Of a DNA stretch of 64,000 nt, positions 1 through 11,633 are shown piece by piece (the stretch's first letter is position 1; the number at the start of each line of letters is the position of its first letter). The stretch spans positions 297,848,001-297,912,000 of the forward strand of contig OZ024743.1 of assembly GCA_964016885.1 (NCBI GenBank), given 5' to 3'. The notes beneath the pieces are model-generated. The model was not told where the DNA came from, searched no databases, and saw only the letters and a list, made by a program, of their open reading frames with translations. This DNA comes from Eledone cirrhosa (lineage: Eukaryota). Position numbers and translations under genes: made by a program.

Positions 1-81
1 TAAGTTTAGTCAAGTATCTCTTATTTAATCTTCAATTCATTACACGCTTATTTCTTTTATTCATCATTATTTATCCTTTAA

Positions 82-150
82 CGGGTCGATAAAATAAAGT
101 ACCAGTAATACACTGGAATAATTGCTGGCCTTGTGCCAAAAGTAGAAACA
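82..150 (+). mobile_element. 5'-truncated SINE fragment (69 bp), copy 1
   Basis: Flanked by 16-bp direct repeat ATTATTTATCCTTTAA (66-81, 151-166). Absent from most units. Matches the 3' part of the full SINE at 12867-13068. Confidence 0.9.
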
Positions 151-548
151 ATTATTTATCCTTTAAAGGGGCAATAATTTATCTGTAAATATATTTTTCG
201 TTCTGCGTGTTTTCCAATTTCTCCCAAACTAAGCGCTTGTTTTCTCTCGTCAATGACTACATCTAATTATTCTTAACACATGTACGCAATAGATTCTTTA
301 AGAAATATATTCAAAGATATTTTCACAGCTTGTTAGAACTGATCTCACAAATATGAAGAAACAATAACGAAACTACAAGATTGAAGCTCTTTCTTGCTAT
401 GTTAAAAGTAAAATAGATAATTTGATTATCAAGAAACTGAACTGGAAAGTAGAGCAATACAGGAGTTCGAAAAGTGAAGATCAGAAAAGTTCAATCCGTT
501 ATTAGTCACATTCAGCGTTTAGCCAAATGTTCTCTTAATTTCATTTCA

Positions 549-583
549 ACACTATTTACACACTATCTTACACACTACCTTAC
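549..583. repeat. Short degenerate tandem repeat in the spacer (ACACTATTTAC/ACACTATCTTAC/ACACTACCTTAC), present in every unit
   Basis: Three 11-12-bp units read directly; first unit given as representative. Confidence 0.7.
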
Positions 584-685
584 TATATCAGATTATCTCC
601 TTCTTTAGTGATGTCCTCGTTTATTGACTAAAGTGAGAAATGCTAAACTAATTCGTCCAATCTAAATTTACAGATATTTATATTG

Positions 686-693
686 TGACGTCA
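686..693. promoter_or_regulatory. Perfect CRE/ATF palindrome TGACGTCA, one per unit (function unproven)
   Basis: Exact 8-bp consensus seen in each unit just after a TA-rich tract. Motif match only. Confidence 0.25.
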
Positions 694-1542
694 TAGGAAA
701 GCATTTGAGTAGAGAGGTTTTACGAACGTAACGGTCATTCTTAAAATGTTACCATTTATCAACACAAGTTAATTTTGTTAATGGTAGTTTTACTGTAATA
801 CAATTGATGCCTGGAATAATATACTCACCATCTTTTAAAGACGGCTCGGTTTGAAATATTTCTATTATCACGTCTTTTACGTGCATCTAAGGGAAATTCT
901 GCCATCATGATTCCATCTAATTTTGGATAATTTGCTCTTAAATTCGTTGGCGATTCAAATGAGTCTTTCTATAAGAACGCTGAAAATTTAGAAACGGGAC
1001 AAGGTGGGCTTATATTTGTAGTTTTATTTTATCGTTTATTAGGTATTTCGAGATGAAAGCGAACAGTTTTTCTTCGAAAATTACAATAACGTTGCATTTT
1101 CAATTGTATTTATTTGATTTTAATCGAACTATCATTGTTTGATATTACAATTGTTCGATAGATCACAGTAGATTTCAATTAACTTGTTTAGTTTTACTAT
1201 AAATTTTTATTAGAATTGCAATAATAAGATTGTTTATTGTGATTTGTATGATTGTTTGTAGTGTATGCATGAATCTCTATCTCGTCTACGATATATGGTG
1301 AATGATAACATGTAGAAATAACAGCACGATATATGTGAATGTTATTTGATTTAGATAGCAGTATTTATAGCAGAACTTGAAATATCAGTTATATATATAA
1401 AGTAAAGTCTCTATAGAATGTATATTGTTTAGATAATTGCCAGAATATATATACATAAATATCTAATATGCAAAATATGTAATGAAAAGAAAAATGATTT
1501 TTTAAAGAATTATTATTCCTCTACTTCAAAATATCGGTGTTT

Positions 1543-1615
1543 CGAGCTTGTCATGAAACCAATCAGGAATCTCCTGATCCGTAGTCAGGCGCGTTATCCA
1601 TTGCACCACAAGCAC
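1543..1615 (-). pseudogene. tRNA-Arg-ACG: tRNA-Arg(ACG) pseudogene, copy 1
   Basis: Minus strand reads GTGCTTG TG GTGC AATGGATA ACGC G CCTGA CTACGGA TCAGG..., collinear over 73 nt with metazoan tRNA-Arg(ACG). Anticodon arm is perfect, but the T-arm/B-box is destroyed and there is a T2:T71 mismatch. Confidence 0.88.
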
Positions 1616-2068
1616 AGGTTACAAACTGACTGTCAATTTAAATTACTGTAGGTATGTTTTAGACAATACAATCGTTGAATGTCACTCTAATTCTTCCGTG
1701 TCGATGACAAACTTTTGTCCCCAAGATTAGCTAACATTTGGATAATGAATTCAATTTCACTGGAAATTAGGTAAATTATAATTGCATAGAAGGGTGTTAC
1801 CATTCAATTTTCGTGAGTCTGAAATTTTAATTCCAATCCGTTCTCCCTTAAAACCAGTCTTAGGTTTCTTAAACATAACCAATCTTAGTGATTATTTCCT
1901 CCTTAATTTAAAATAGTTGGTAAATATTGTTTCTCCCATACTATCATAGATGGAGAATGCTGAAATTCTTCTATGACCAAATTATCAACTTTCAAGCGAT
2001 TATATTCATAAACGTTTATCTCAAATTACAGTTCTATATGTGAAGAATTCCACTTTCGTTTCCAACTT

Positions 2069-2150
2069 GACGAGGTGGCCGAGTGGTTAAGGCGATGGAC
2101 TGCTAATCCATTGGGATTTTCCCGCGTGAGTTCGAATCTCATCTTCGTCG
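2069..2150 (+). tRNA. tRNA-Ser-GCT: tRNA-Ser(GCT), copy 1
   Basis: Full 82-nt cloverleaf: GACGAGG/CTTCGTC acceptor, ATGGA-CTGCTAA-TCCAT anticodon arm, long variable arm GGG-ATTTT-CCC, GTTCGAATC B-box, G discriminator, no encoded CCA. Confidence 0.97.
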
Positions 2151-2153
2151 ACG

Positions 2154-2158
2154 TTTTT
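2154..2158 (+). terminator. Pol III terminator (T5) after tRNA-Ser, present in each unit
   Basis: TTTTT begins after a 3-nt gap (ACG) following the gene 3' end; first unit given as representative. Confidence 0.8.
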
Positions 2159-3626
2159 GCCATTATATTTAAGTTAAGTCAAGTATCTCTTATTTAATCT
2201 TCAATTCATTACACGCTTATTTCTTTTATTCATCATTATTTTTCCTTTAAAAGGGCAATAATTTATCTGTAAATATATTTTTCGTTCTGCGTGTTTTCCA
2301 ATTTCTCCCAAACTAAGCGCTTGTTTTCTCTCGTCAATGACTACATCTAATTATTCTGAACACATGTACGCAATAGATTCTTTAAGAAATATATTCAAAG
2401 ATATTTTCACAGCTTGTTAGCCTTGATCTCACAAATATGAAGAAACAATAACAAAACTACAAGATTGAAGCTCTTTCTTGCTATGTTAAAAGTAAAATAG
2501 ACAATTTGATTATCAAGAAACTGAACTGGAAAGTAGAGCAATACAGGAGTTCGAAAAGTGAAAATCAGAACAGTTCAATCCGTTATTAGTCACATTCAGC
2601 GTTTAGCCAAATGTTCTCTTAATTTGATTTCAACACTATTTACACACTATCTTACACACTACCTTACTATATCAGATTATCTCCTTCTTTAGTGATGTCC
2701 TCGTTTATTGACGAAAGTGAGAAATGCTAAACTAATTCGTCCAATCTAAATTTACAGATATTTATATTGTGACGTCATAGGAAAGCATTTGAGTAGAGAG
2801 GTTTTACGAACGTAACGGTCATTCTTAAAATGTTACCATTTATCAACACAAGTTAATTTTGTTAATGGTAGTTTTACTGTAATACAATTGATGCCTGGAA
2901 TAATATACTCACCATCTTTTAAAGACGGCTCGGTTTGAAATATTTCTATTATCACGTCTTTTACGTGCATCTAAGGGAAATTCTGCCATCATGATTCCAT
3001 CTAATTTTGGATAATTTGCTCTTAAATTCGTTGGCGATTCAAATGAGTCTTTCTATAAGAACGCTGAAAATTTAGAAACGGGACAAGGTGGGCTTATATT
3101 TGTAGTTTTATTTTATCGTTTATTAGGTATTTCGAGATGAAAGCGAACAGTTTTTCTTCGAAAATTACAATAACGTTGCATTTTCAATTGTATTTATTTG
3201 ATTTTAATCGAACTATCATTGTTTGATATTACAATTGTTCGATAGATCACAGTAGATTTCAATTAACTTGTTTAGTTTTACTATAAATTTTTATTAGAAT
3301 TGCAATAATAAGATTGTTTATTGTGATTTGTATGATTGTTTGTAGTGTATGCATGAATCTCTATCTCGTCTACGATATATGGTGAATGATAACATGTAGA
3401 AATAACAGCACGATATATGTGAATGTTATTTGATTTAGATAGCAGTATTTATAGCAGAACTTGAAATATCAGTTATATATATAAAGTAAAGTCTCTATAG
3501 AATGTATATTGTTTAGATAATTGCCAGAATATATATACATAAATATCTAATATGCAAAATATGTAATGAAAAGAAAAATGATTTTTTAAAGAATTATTAT
3601 TCCTCTACTTCAAAATATCGGTGTTT

Positions 3627-3699
3627 CGAGCTTGTCATGAAACCAATCAGGAATCTCCTGATCCGTAGTCAGGCGCGTTATCCATTGCACCACAAGCAC
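3627..3699 (-). pseudogene. tRNA-Arg-ACG: tRNA-Arg(ACG) pseudogene, copy 2
   Basis: Same sequence as copy 1. Confidence 0.88.
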
Positions 3700-4152
3700 A
3701 GGTTACAAACTGACTGTCAATTTAAATTACTGTAGGTATGTTTTAGACAATACAATCGTTGAATGTCACTCTAATTCTTCCGTGTCGATGACAAACTTTT
3801 GTCCCCAAGATTAGCTAACATTTGGATAATGAATTCAATTTCACTGGAAATTAGGTAAATTATAATTGCATAGAAGGGTGTTACCATTCAATTTTCGTGA
3901 GTCTGAAATTTTAATTCCAATCCGTTCTCCCTTAAAACCAGTCTTAGGTTTCTTAAACATAACCAATCTTAGTGATTATTTCCTCCTTAATTTAAAATAG
4001 TTGGTAAATATTGTTTCTCCCATACTATCATAGATGGAGAATGCTGAAATTCTTCTATGACCAAATTATCAACTTTCAAGCGATTATATTCATAAACGTT
4101 TATCTCAAATTACAGTTCTATATGTGAAGAATTCCACTTTCGTTTCCAACTT

Positions 4153-4234
4153 GACGAGGTGGCCGAGTGGTTAAGGCGATGGACTGCTAATCCATTGGGA
4201 TTTTCCCGCGTGAGTTCGAATCTCATCTTCGTCG
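4153..4234 (+). tRNA. tRNA-Ser-GCT: tRNA-Ser(GCT), copy 2
   Basis: Identical to copy 1. Confidence 0.97.
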
Positions 4235-5711
4235 ACGTTTTTGCCATTATATTTAAGTTAAGTCAAGTATCTCTTATTTAATCTTCAATTCATTACACGC
4301 TTATTTCTTTTATTCATCATTATTTTTCCTTTAAAAGGGCAATAATTTATCTGTAAATATATTTTTCGTTCTGCGTGTTTTCCAATTTCTCCCAAACTAA
4401 GCGCTTGTTTTCTCTCGTCAATGACTACATCTAATTATTCTGAACACATGTACGCAATAGATTCTTTAAGAAATATATTCAAAGATATTTTCACAGCTTG
4501 TTAGCCTTGATCTCACAAATATGAAGAAACAATAACAAAACTACAAGATTGAAGCTCTTTCTTGCTATGTTAAAAGTAAAATAGACAATTTGATTATCAA
4601 GAAACTGAACTGGAAAGTAGAGCAATACAGGAGTTCGAAAAGTGAAAATCAGAACAGTTCAATCCGTTATTAGTCACATTCAGCGTTTAGCCAAATGTTC
4701 TCTTAATTTGATTTCAACACTATTTACACACTATCTTACACACTACCTTACTATATCAGATTATCTCCTTCTTTAGTGATGTCCTCGTTTATTGACGAAA
4801 GTGAGAAATGCTAAACTAATTCGTCCAATCTAAATTTACAGATATATATATTGTGACGTCATAGGAAAGCATTTGAGTAGAGAGGTTTTACGAACGTAAC
4901 ATTCATTCTGAAAATGTTACCATTTATCAACACAAGTTAATTTTGTTAATGGTAGTTTTACTGTAATACAATTGATGCCTGGAATAATATACTCACCATA
5001 TTTTAAAGACGGCTCGGTTTGAAATATTTCTATTATCACGTCTTTTACGTGCATTTAAGGGAAATTCTGCCATCATGATTCCATCTAATTTTGGAAAATT
5101 TGCTCTTAAATTCGTTGGCGATTCAAATGAGTCTTTCTATAAGAACGCTGAAAATTTAGAAACGGGACAAGGTGGGCTAATAATTGTAGTTTTATTTTAT
5201 CGTTTATTAGGATGTTTCGACATGAAAGCGAACCGTTTTTCTTCGAAAATTACAATAACGTTGCATTTTCAATTGTATTTATTTGATTTTAATCGAACTA
5301 TCATTGTTTGATATTACAATTGGTCGATAGATCACAGTAGATTTCAATTAACTTGTTTAGTTTTACTATAAATTTCTATTAGAATTGCAATAATAAGATT
5401 GTTTATTGTGATTTGTATGATTGTTTGTAGTGTATGCATGAATCTCTATCTCGTCTACGATATATGGTGAATGATAACATGTAGAAATAACAGCACGATA
5501 TATGTGAATGTTATTTGATTTAGATAGCAGTATTTATAGCAGAACTTGAAATATCAGTTATATATATAAAGTAAAGTCTCTATAGAATGTATATTGTTTA
5601 GATAATTGCCAGAATATATATACATAAATATCTAATATCCAAAATATGTAATGAAAAGAAAAATGATTTTTTAAAGAATTATTATTCATCTACTTCAAAA
5701 TATCGGTGTTT

Positions 5712-5784
5712 CGAGCTTGTCATGAAACCAATCTGGAATCTCCTGATCCGTAGTCAGGCGCGTTATCCATTGCACCAGAAGCAC
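5712..5784 (-). pseudogene. tRNA-Arg-ACG: tRNA-Arg(ACG) pseudogene, copy 3
   Basis: Array copy with degenerate T-arm. Confidence 0.88.
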
Positions 5785-6238
5785 AGGTTACAAACTGACT
5801 GTCAATTTAAATTACTCTAGGTATGTTTTAGACAATACAATCGTTGAATGTCACTCTAATTCTTCCGTGTCGATGACAAACTTTTGTCCACAAGATTAGC
5901 TACCATTTGGATAATGAATTCAATTTCACTGGAAATCAGCTAAATTATAATTGCATAGAAGTGGTGCTACCATTCAATTTACGTGAGTGTGAAATTTTAA
6001 TTCCAATCCGTTCTCCCTTAAAACCAGTCTTAGGTTTCTTAAACATAACCAATCTTAGTGATTATTTCCTCCTTAATTTAAAATAGTTGGTAAACATTGT
6101 TTTTCCCATACTATCATTGATGGAGAATGCTGAAATTCTTCTATGACCAAATTATCAACTTTCAAGCGATTATATTCATAAACGTTTATCTCAAATTACA
6201 GTTCTATATGTGAAGAATTCCACTTTCGTTTCCAACTT

Positions 6239-6320
6239 GACGAGGTGGCCGAGTGGTTAAGGCGATGGACTGCTAATCCATTGGGATTTTCCCGCGTGAG
6301 TTCGAATGTCATCTTCGTCG
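6239..6320 (+). tRNA. tRNA-Ser-GCT: tRNA-Ser(GCT), copy 3, B-box mutant C61>G (probably impaired)
   Basis: GTTCGAATG instead of GTTCGAATC at 6308. Confidence 0.85.
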
Positions 6321-6420
6321 ACGTTTTTGCCATGATATTTAAGTTTAGTCAAGTATCTCTTATTTAATCTTCAATTCATTACACGCTTATTTCTTTTATT
6401 CATCATTATTTATCCTTTAA

Positions 6421-6489
6421 CGGGTCGATAAAATAAAGTACCAGTAATACACTGGAATAATTGCTGGCCTTGTGCCAAATGTAGAAACA
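6421..6489 (+). mobile_element. 5'-truncated SINE fragment, copy 2
   Basis: Same 69-bp insert and 16-bp TSD as 82-150, 100 bp downstream of tRNA-Ser. Confidence 0.9.
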
Positions 6490-7884
6490 ATTATTTATCC
6501 TTTAAAGGGGCAATAATTTATCTGTAAATATATTTTTCGTTCTGCGTGTTTTCCAATTTCTCCCAAACTAAGCGCTTGTTTTCTCTCGTCAATGACTACA
6601 TCTAATTAATCTGAACACATGTACGCAATAGATTCTTTAAGAAATATATTCAAAGATATTTTCACAGCTTGTTAGCCTTGATCTCACAAATATGAAGAAA
6701 CAATAACAAAACTACAAGATTGAAGCTCTTTCTTGCTATGTTAAAAGTAAAATAGACAATTTGATTATCAAGAAACTGAACTGGAAAGTAGAGCAATACA
6801 GGAGTTCGAAAAGTGAAAATCAGAACAGTTCAATCCGTTATTAGTCACATTCAGCGTTTAGCCAAATGTTCTCTTAATTTGATTTCAACACTATTTACAC
6901 ACTATCTTACACACTACCTTACTATATCAGATTATCTCCTTCTTTAGTGATGTCCTCGTTTATTGACTAAAGTGAGAAATGCTAAACTAATTCGTCCAAT
7001 CTAAATTTACAGATATATATATTGTGACGTCATAGGGAAGCATTTGAGTAGAGAGGTTTTACGAACGTAACGGTCATTCTTAAAATGTTACCATTTATCA
7101 ACACAAGTTAATTTTGTTAATGGTAGTTTTACTGTAATACAATTGATGCCTGGAATAATATACTCACCATATTTTAAAGACGGCTCGGTTTGAAATATTT
7201 CTATTATCACGTCTTTTACGTGCATTTAAGGGAAATTCTGCCATCATGATTCCATCTAATTTTGGAAAATTTGCTCTTAAATTCGTTGGCGATTCAAATG
7301 AGTCTTTCTATAAGAACGCTGAAAATTTAGAAACGGGACAAGGTGGGCTAATAATTGTAGTTTTATTTTATCGTTTATTAGGATGTTTCGACATGAAAGC
7401 GAACCGTTTTTCTTCGAAAATTACAATAACGTTGCATTTTCAATTGTATTTATTTGATTTTAATCGAACTATCATTGTTTGATATTACAATTGGTCGATA
7501 GATCACAGTAGATTTCAATTAAACTTGTTTAGTTTTACTATAAATTCCTATGAGAATTGCAATAATAAGATTGTTTATTGTGATTTGTATGATTGTTTGT
7601 AGTGTATGCATGAATCTCTATCTCGTCTACGATATATGGTGAATGATAACATGTAGAAATAACAGCACGATTTATGTGAATGTTATTTGATTTAGATAGC
7701 AGTATTTATAGCAGAACTTGAAATATCAGTTATATATATATAGTAAAGTCTCTATAGAATGTATATTGTTTAGATAATTGCCAGAATATATATATACATA
7801 AATATCTAATATCCAAAATATGTAATGAAAAGAAAAAAATTTTTTAAAGAATTATTATTCATCTACTTCAAAATATCGGTGTTT

Positions 7885-7957
7885 CGAGATTGTCAGGAAA
7901 CGAATCTGGAATCTCCTGATCCGTATTCAGGCGCATTATCCATTGCACCAGAAGCAC
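7885..7957 (-). pseudogene. tRNA-Arg-ACG: tRNA-Arg(ACG) pseudogene, copy 4
   Basis: Array copy with extra changes in the anticodon loop and D-stem. Confidence 0.85.
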
Positions 7958-8410
7958 AGGTTACAAACTGACTGTCAATTTAAATTACTCTAGGTATGTT
8001 TTAGACAATACAATCGTTGAATGTCACTCTAATTCTTCCGTGTCGATGACAAACTTTTGTCCACAAGATTAGCTACCATTTGGATAATGAATTCAATTTC
8101 ACTGGAAATCAGCTAAATTATAATTGCATAGAAGGGTGCTACCATTCAATTTACGTGAGTGTGAAATTTTAATTCCAATCCGTTCTCCCTTAAAACCAGT
8201 CTTAGGTTTCTTAAACATAACCAATCTTAGTGATTATTTCCTCCTTAATTTAAAATAGTTGGTAAACATTGTTTTTCCCATACTATCATTGATGGAGAAT
8301 GCTGAAATTCTTCTATCACCAAATTATCAACTTTCAAGCGATTATATTCATAAATGTTTATCTCAAATTACAGTTCTACATGTGAAGAATTCCACTTTCG
8401 TTTCCAATTT

Positions 8411-8492
8411 GACGAGGTGGCCGAGTGGTTAAGGCGATGGACTGCTAATCCATTGGGATTTTCCCGCGTGAGTTCGAATCTCATCTTCGTCG
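8411..8492 (+). tRNA. tRNA-Ser-GCT: tRNA-Ser(GCT), copy 4
   Basis: Identical to copy 1. Confidence 0.97.
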
Positions 8493-8591
8493 ACGTTTTT
8501 GCCATTATATTTAAGTTTAGTCAAGTATCTCTTATTTAATTTCAATTCATTACACGCTTATTTCTTTTATTCATCATTATTTATCCTTTAA

Positions 8592-8660
8592 CGGGTCGAT
8601 AAAATAAAGTACCAGTAATACACTGGAATAATTACTGGCCTTGTGCCAAAAGTAGAAACA
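8592..8660 (+). mobile_element. 5'-truncated SINE fragment, copy 3
   Basis: Same 69-bp insert and 16-bp TSD. Confidence 0.9.
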
Positions 8661-10053
8661 ATTATTTATCCTTTAAAGGGGCAATAATTTATCTGTAAAT
8701 ATATTTTTCGTTCTGCGTGTTTTCCAATTTCTCCCAAACTAAGCGCTTGTTTTCTCTCGTCAATGACTACATCTAATTATTCTTAACACATGTACGTAAT
8801 AGATTCTTTAAGAAATATATTCAAAGATATTTTCACAGCTTGTTAGAACTGATCTCACAAATATGAAGAAACAATAACAAAACTACAAGATTGAAGCTCT
8901 TTCTTGCTATGTTAAAAGTAAAATAGATAATTTGATTATCAAGAAACTGAACTGGAAAGTAGAGCAATACAGGAGTTCGAAAAGTGAAGATCAGAAAAGT
9001 TCAATCCGTTATTATTCACATTCAGCGTTTAGCCAAATGTTCTCTTAATTTGATTTCAACACTATTTACACACTATCTTACACACTACCTTACTATATCA
9101 GATTATCTCCTTCTTTAGTGGTGTCCTCGTTTATTGACGAAAGTGAGAAATGCTAAACTAATTCGTCCAATCTAAATTTACAGATATTTATATTGTGACG
9201 TCATAGGAAAGGATTTGAGTAGAGAGGTTTTACGAACGTAACGGTCATTCTTAAAATGTTACCATTTATCAACACAAGTTAATTTTGTTAATGGTAGTTT
9301 TACTGTAATACAATTGATGCCTGGAATAATATACTCACCATCTTTTAAAGACGGCTCGGTTTGAAATATTTCTATTATCACGTCTTTTACGTGCATCTAA
9401 GGGAAATTCTGCCAACATGATTCCATCTAATTTTGGAAAATTTGCTCTTAAATTCGTTGGCGATTCAAATGAGTCTTTCTATAAGAACGCTGAAAATTTA
9501 GAAACAGGACAAGGTGGGCTAATAATTGTAGTTATATTTTATCGTTTATTAGGATGTTTCGACATGAAATAGAACCGTTTTTCTTCGAAAATTACAATAA
9601 CGTTGCATTTTCAATTGTATTTATTTGATTTTAATCGAACTATCATTGTTTGATATTACAATTGGTCGATAGATCACAGTAGATTTCAATTAACTTGTTT
9701 AGTTTTACTATAAATTCCTATTAGAATTGCAATAATAAGATTGTTTATTGTGATTTGTATGATTGTTTGTAGTGTATGCATGAATCTCTATCTCGTCTAC
9801 GATATATGGTGAATGATAACATGTAGAAATAACAGCACGATATATGTGAATGTTATTTGATTTAGATAGCAGTATTTATAGCAGAACTTGAAATATCAGT
9901 TATATATATAAAGTAAAGTCTCTATAGAATGTATATTGTTTAGATAATTGCCAGAATATATATACATAAATATCTAATATCCAAAATATGTAATGAAAAG
10001 AAAAATGAATTTTTAAAGAATTATTATTCATCTACTTCAAAATATCGGTGTTT

Positions 10054-10126
10054 CGAGCTTGTCATGAAACCAATCTGGAATCTCCTGTTCCGTAGTCAGG
10101 CGCGTTATCCATTGCACCACATGCAC
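10054..10126 (-). pseudogene. tRNA-Arg-ACG: tRNA-Arg(ACG) pseudogene, copy 5
   Basis: Array copy with extra anticodon-stem and acceptor mismatches. Confidence 0.85.
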
Positions 10127-10579
10127 AGGTTACAAACTGACTGTCAATTTAAATTACTGTAGGTATGTTTTAGACAATACAATCGTTGAATGTCACTCTA
10201 ATTCTTCCGTGTCGATGACAAACTTTTTTCCACAAGATTAGCTAATATGTGGATAATGAATTCAATTTCACTGGAAATCAGGTAAATTATAATTGCATAG
10301 AAGGGTGTTACCATTCAATTTTCGTGAGTCTGAAATTTTAATTCCAATCCGTTCTCCCTTAAAACCAGTCTTAGGTTTCTTAAACATAACCAATCTTAGT
10401 GATTATTTCCTCCTTAATTTAAAATAGTTGGTAAATATTGTTTCTCCCATACTATCATAGATGGAGAATGCTGAAATTCTTCTATGACCAAATTATCAAC
10501 TTTCAAGCGATTATATTCATAAACGTTTATCTCAAATTACAGTTCTATATGTGAAGAATTCCACTTTTGTTTCCAACTT

Positions 10580-10661
10580 GACGAGGTGGCCGAGTGGTTA
10601 AGGCGATGGACTGCTAATCCATTGGGATTTTCCCGCGTGAGTTCGAATCTCATCTTCGTCG
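10580..10661 (+). tRNA. tRNA-Ser-GCT: tRNA-Ser(GCT), copy 5
   Basis: Identical to copy 1. Confidence 0.97.
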
Positions 10662-11633
10662 ACGTTTTTGCCATTATATTTAAGTTAAGTCAAGTATCTC
10701 TTATTTAATCTTCAATTCACTACACGCTTATTTCTTTTATTCATCATTATTTTTCCTTTAAAAGGGCAATAATTTATCTGTAAATATATTTTTCGTTCTG
10801 CGTGTTTTCCAATTTCTCCCAAACTAAGCGCTTGTTTTCTCTCGTCAATGACTACATCTAATTATTCTGAACACATGTACGCAATAGATTCTTTAAGAAA
10901 TATATTCAAAGATATTTTCACAGCTTGTTAGACATGATCTCACAAATATGATGAAACAATAACGAAACTACAAGATTGAAGCTCTTTCTTGCTATGTTAA
11001 AAGTAAAATAGACAGTTTGATTATCAAGAAACTGAACTGGAAAGTAGAGCAATACAGGAGTTCGAAAAGTGAAAATCAGAACATTTCAATCCGTTATTAG
11101 TCACATTCAGCGTTTAGCCAAATGTTCTCTTAATTTGATTTCAACACTATTTACACACTATCTTAAACACTACCTTACTATATCAGATTATCTCCTTCTT
11201 TAGTGATGTCCTCGTTTATTGACTAAAGTGAGAAATGCTAAACTAATTCGTCCAATCTAAATTTACAGATATATATATTGTGACGTCATAGGAAAGCATT
11301 TGAGTACAGATGTTTTACGAACGTAACGTTCATTCTGAAAATGTTACCATTTATCAACACAAGTTAATTTTGTTAATGGTAGTTTTACTGTAATACAATT
11401 GATGCCTGGAATAATATACTCACCATATTTTAAAGACGGCTCGGTTTGAAATATTTCTATTATCACGTCTTTTACGTGAATTTAAGGGAAATTCTGCCAT
11501 CATGATTCCATCTAATTTTGGAAAATTTGCTCTTAAATTCGTTGGCGATTCAAATGAGTCTTTCTATAAGAACGCTGAAAATTTAGAAACGGGACAAGGT
11601 GGGCTAATAATTGTAGTTTTATTTTATCGTTTA

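Noticed and set aside
445-530. Possible third degenerate tRNA (GTAGAGC...GAGTTCGAAA on +; CGTTATTAG resembling the reverse of an Ile-AAT anticodon loop)
   Set aside because: I could not build stems or correct box spacing. An Infernal search with the tRNA model at low threshold would settle it.
853-883. Short palindromes GAAATATTTC and CACGT-CTTTT-ACGTG
   Set aside because: Too short to exceed chance expectation in an AT-rich 2-kb unit.
724-930. Possible spliced-leader RNA or snRNA (AACGTAACGGTC..., ATACTCACC, Sm-like AATTTTGG)
   Set aside because: There is no splice donor or hairpin architecture, the SL-like motif is mutated in most units, and such short motifs are expected in AT-rich DNA.
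5075-5311. Recurring 78-aa ORF MIPSNFGK... in most units
   Set aside because: It recurs only because the unit repeats. It has early stops in the units at ~908, ~2991 and ~9417, is split by the Helitron twice, shows many amino-acid-changing variants, and has no recognisable domain.
8354-8539. 61-aa ORF overlapping tRNA-Ser
   Set aside because: Created by a single ACG>ATG change in one unit and reads through a tRNA gene.
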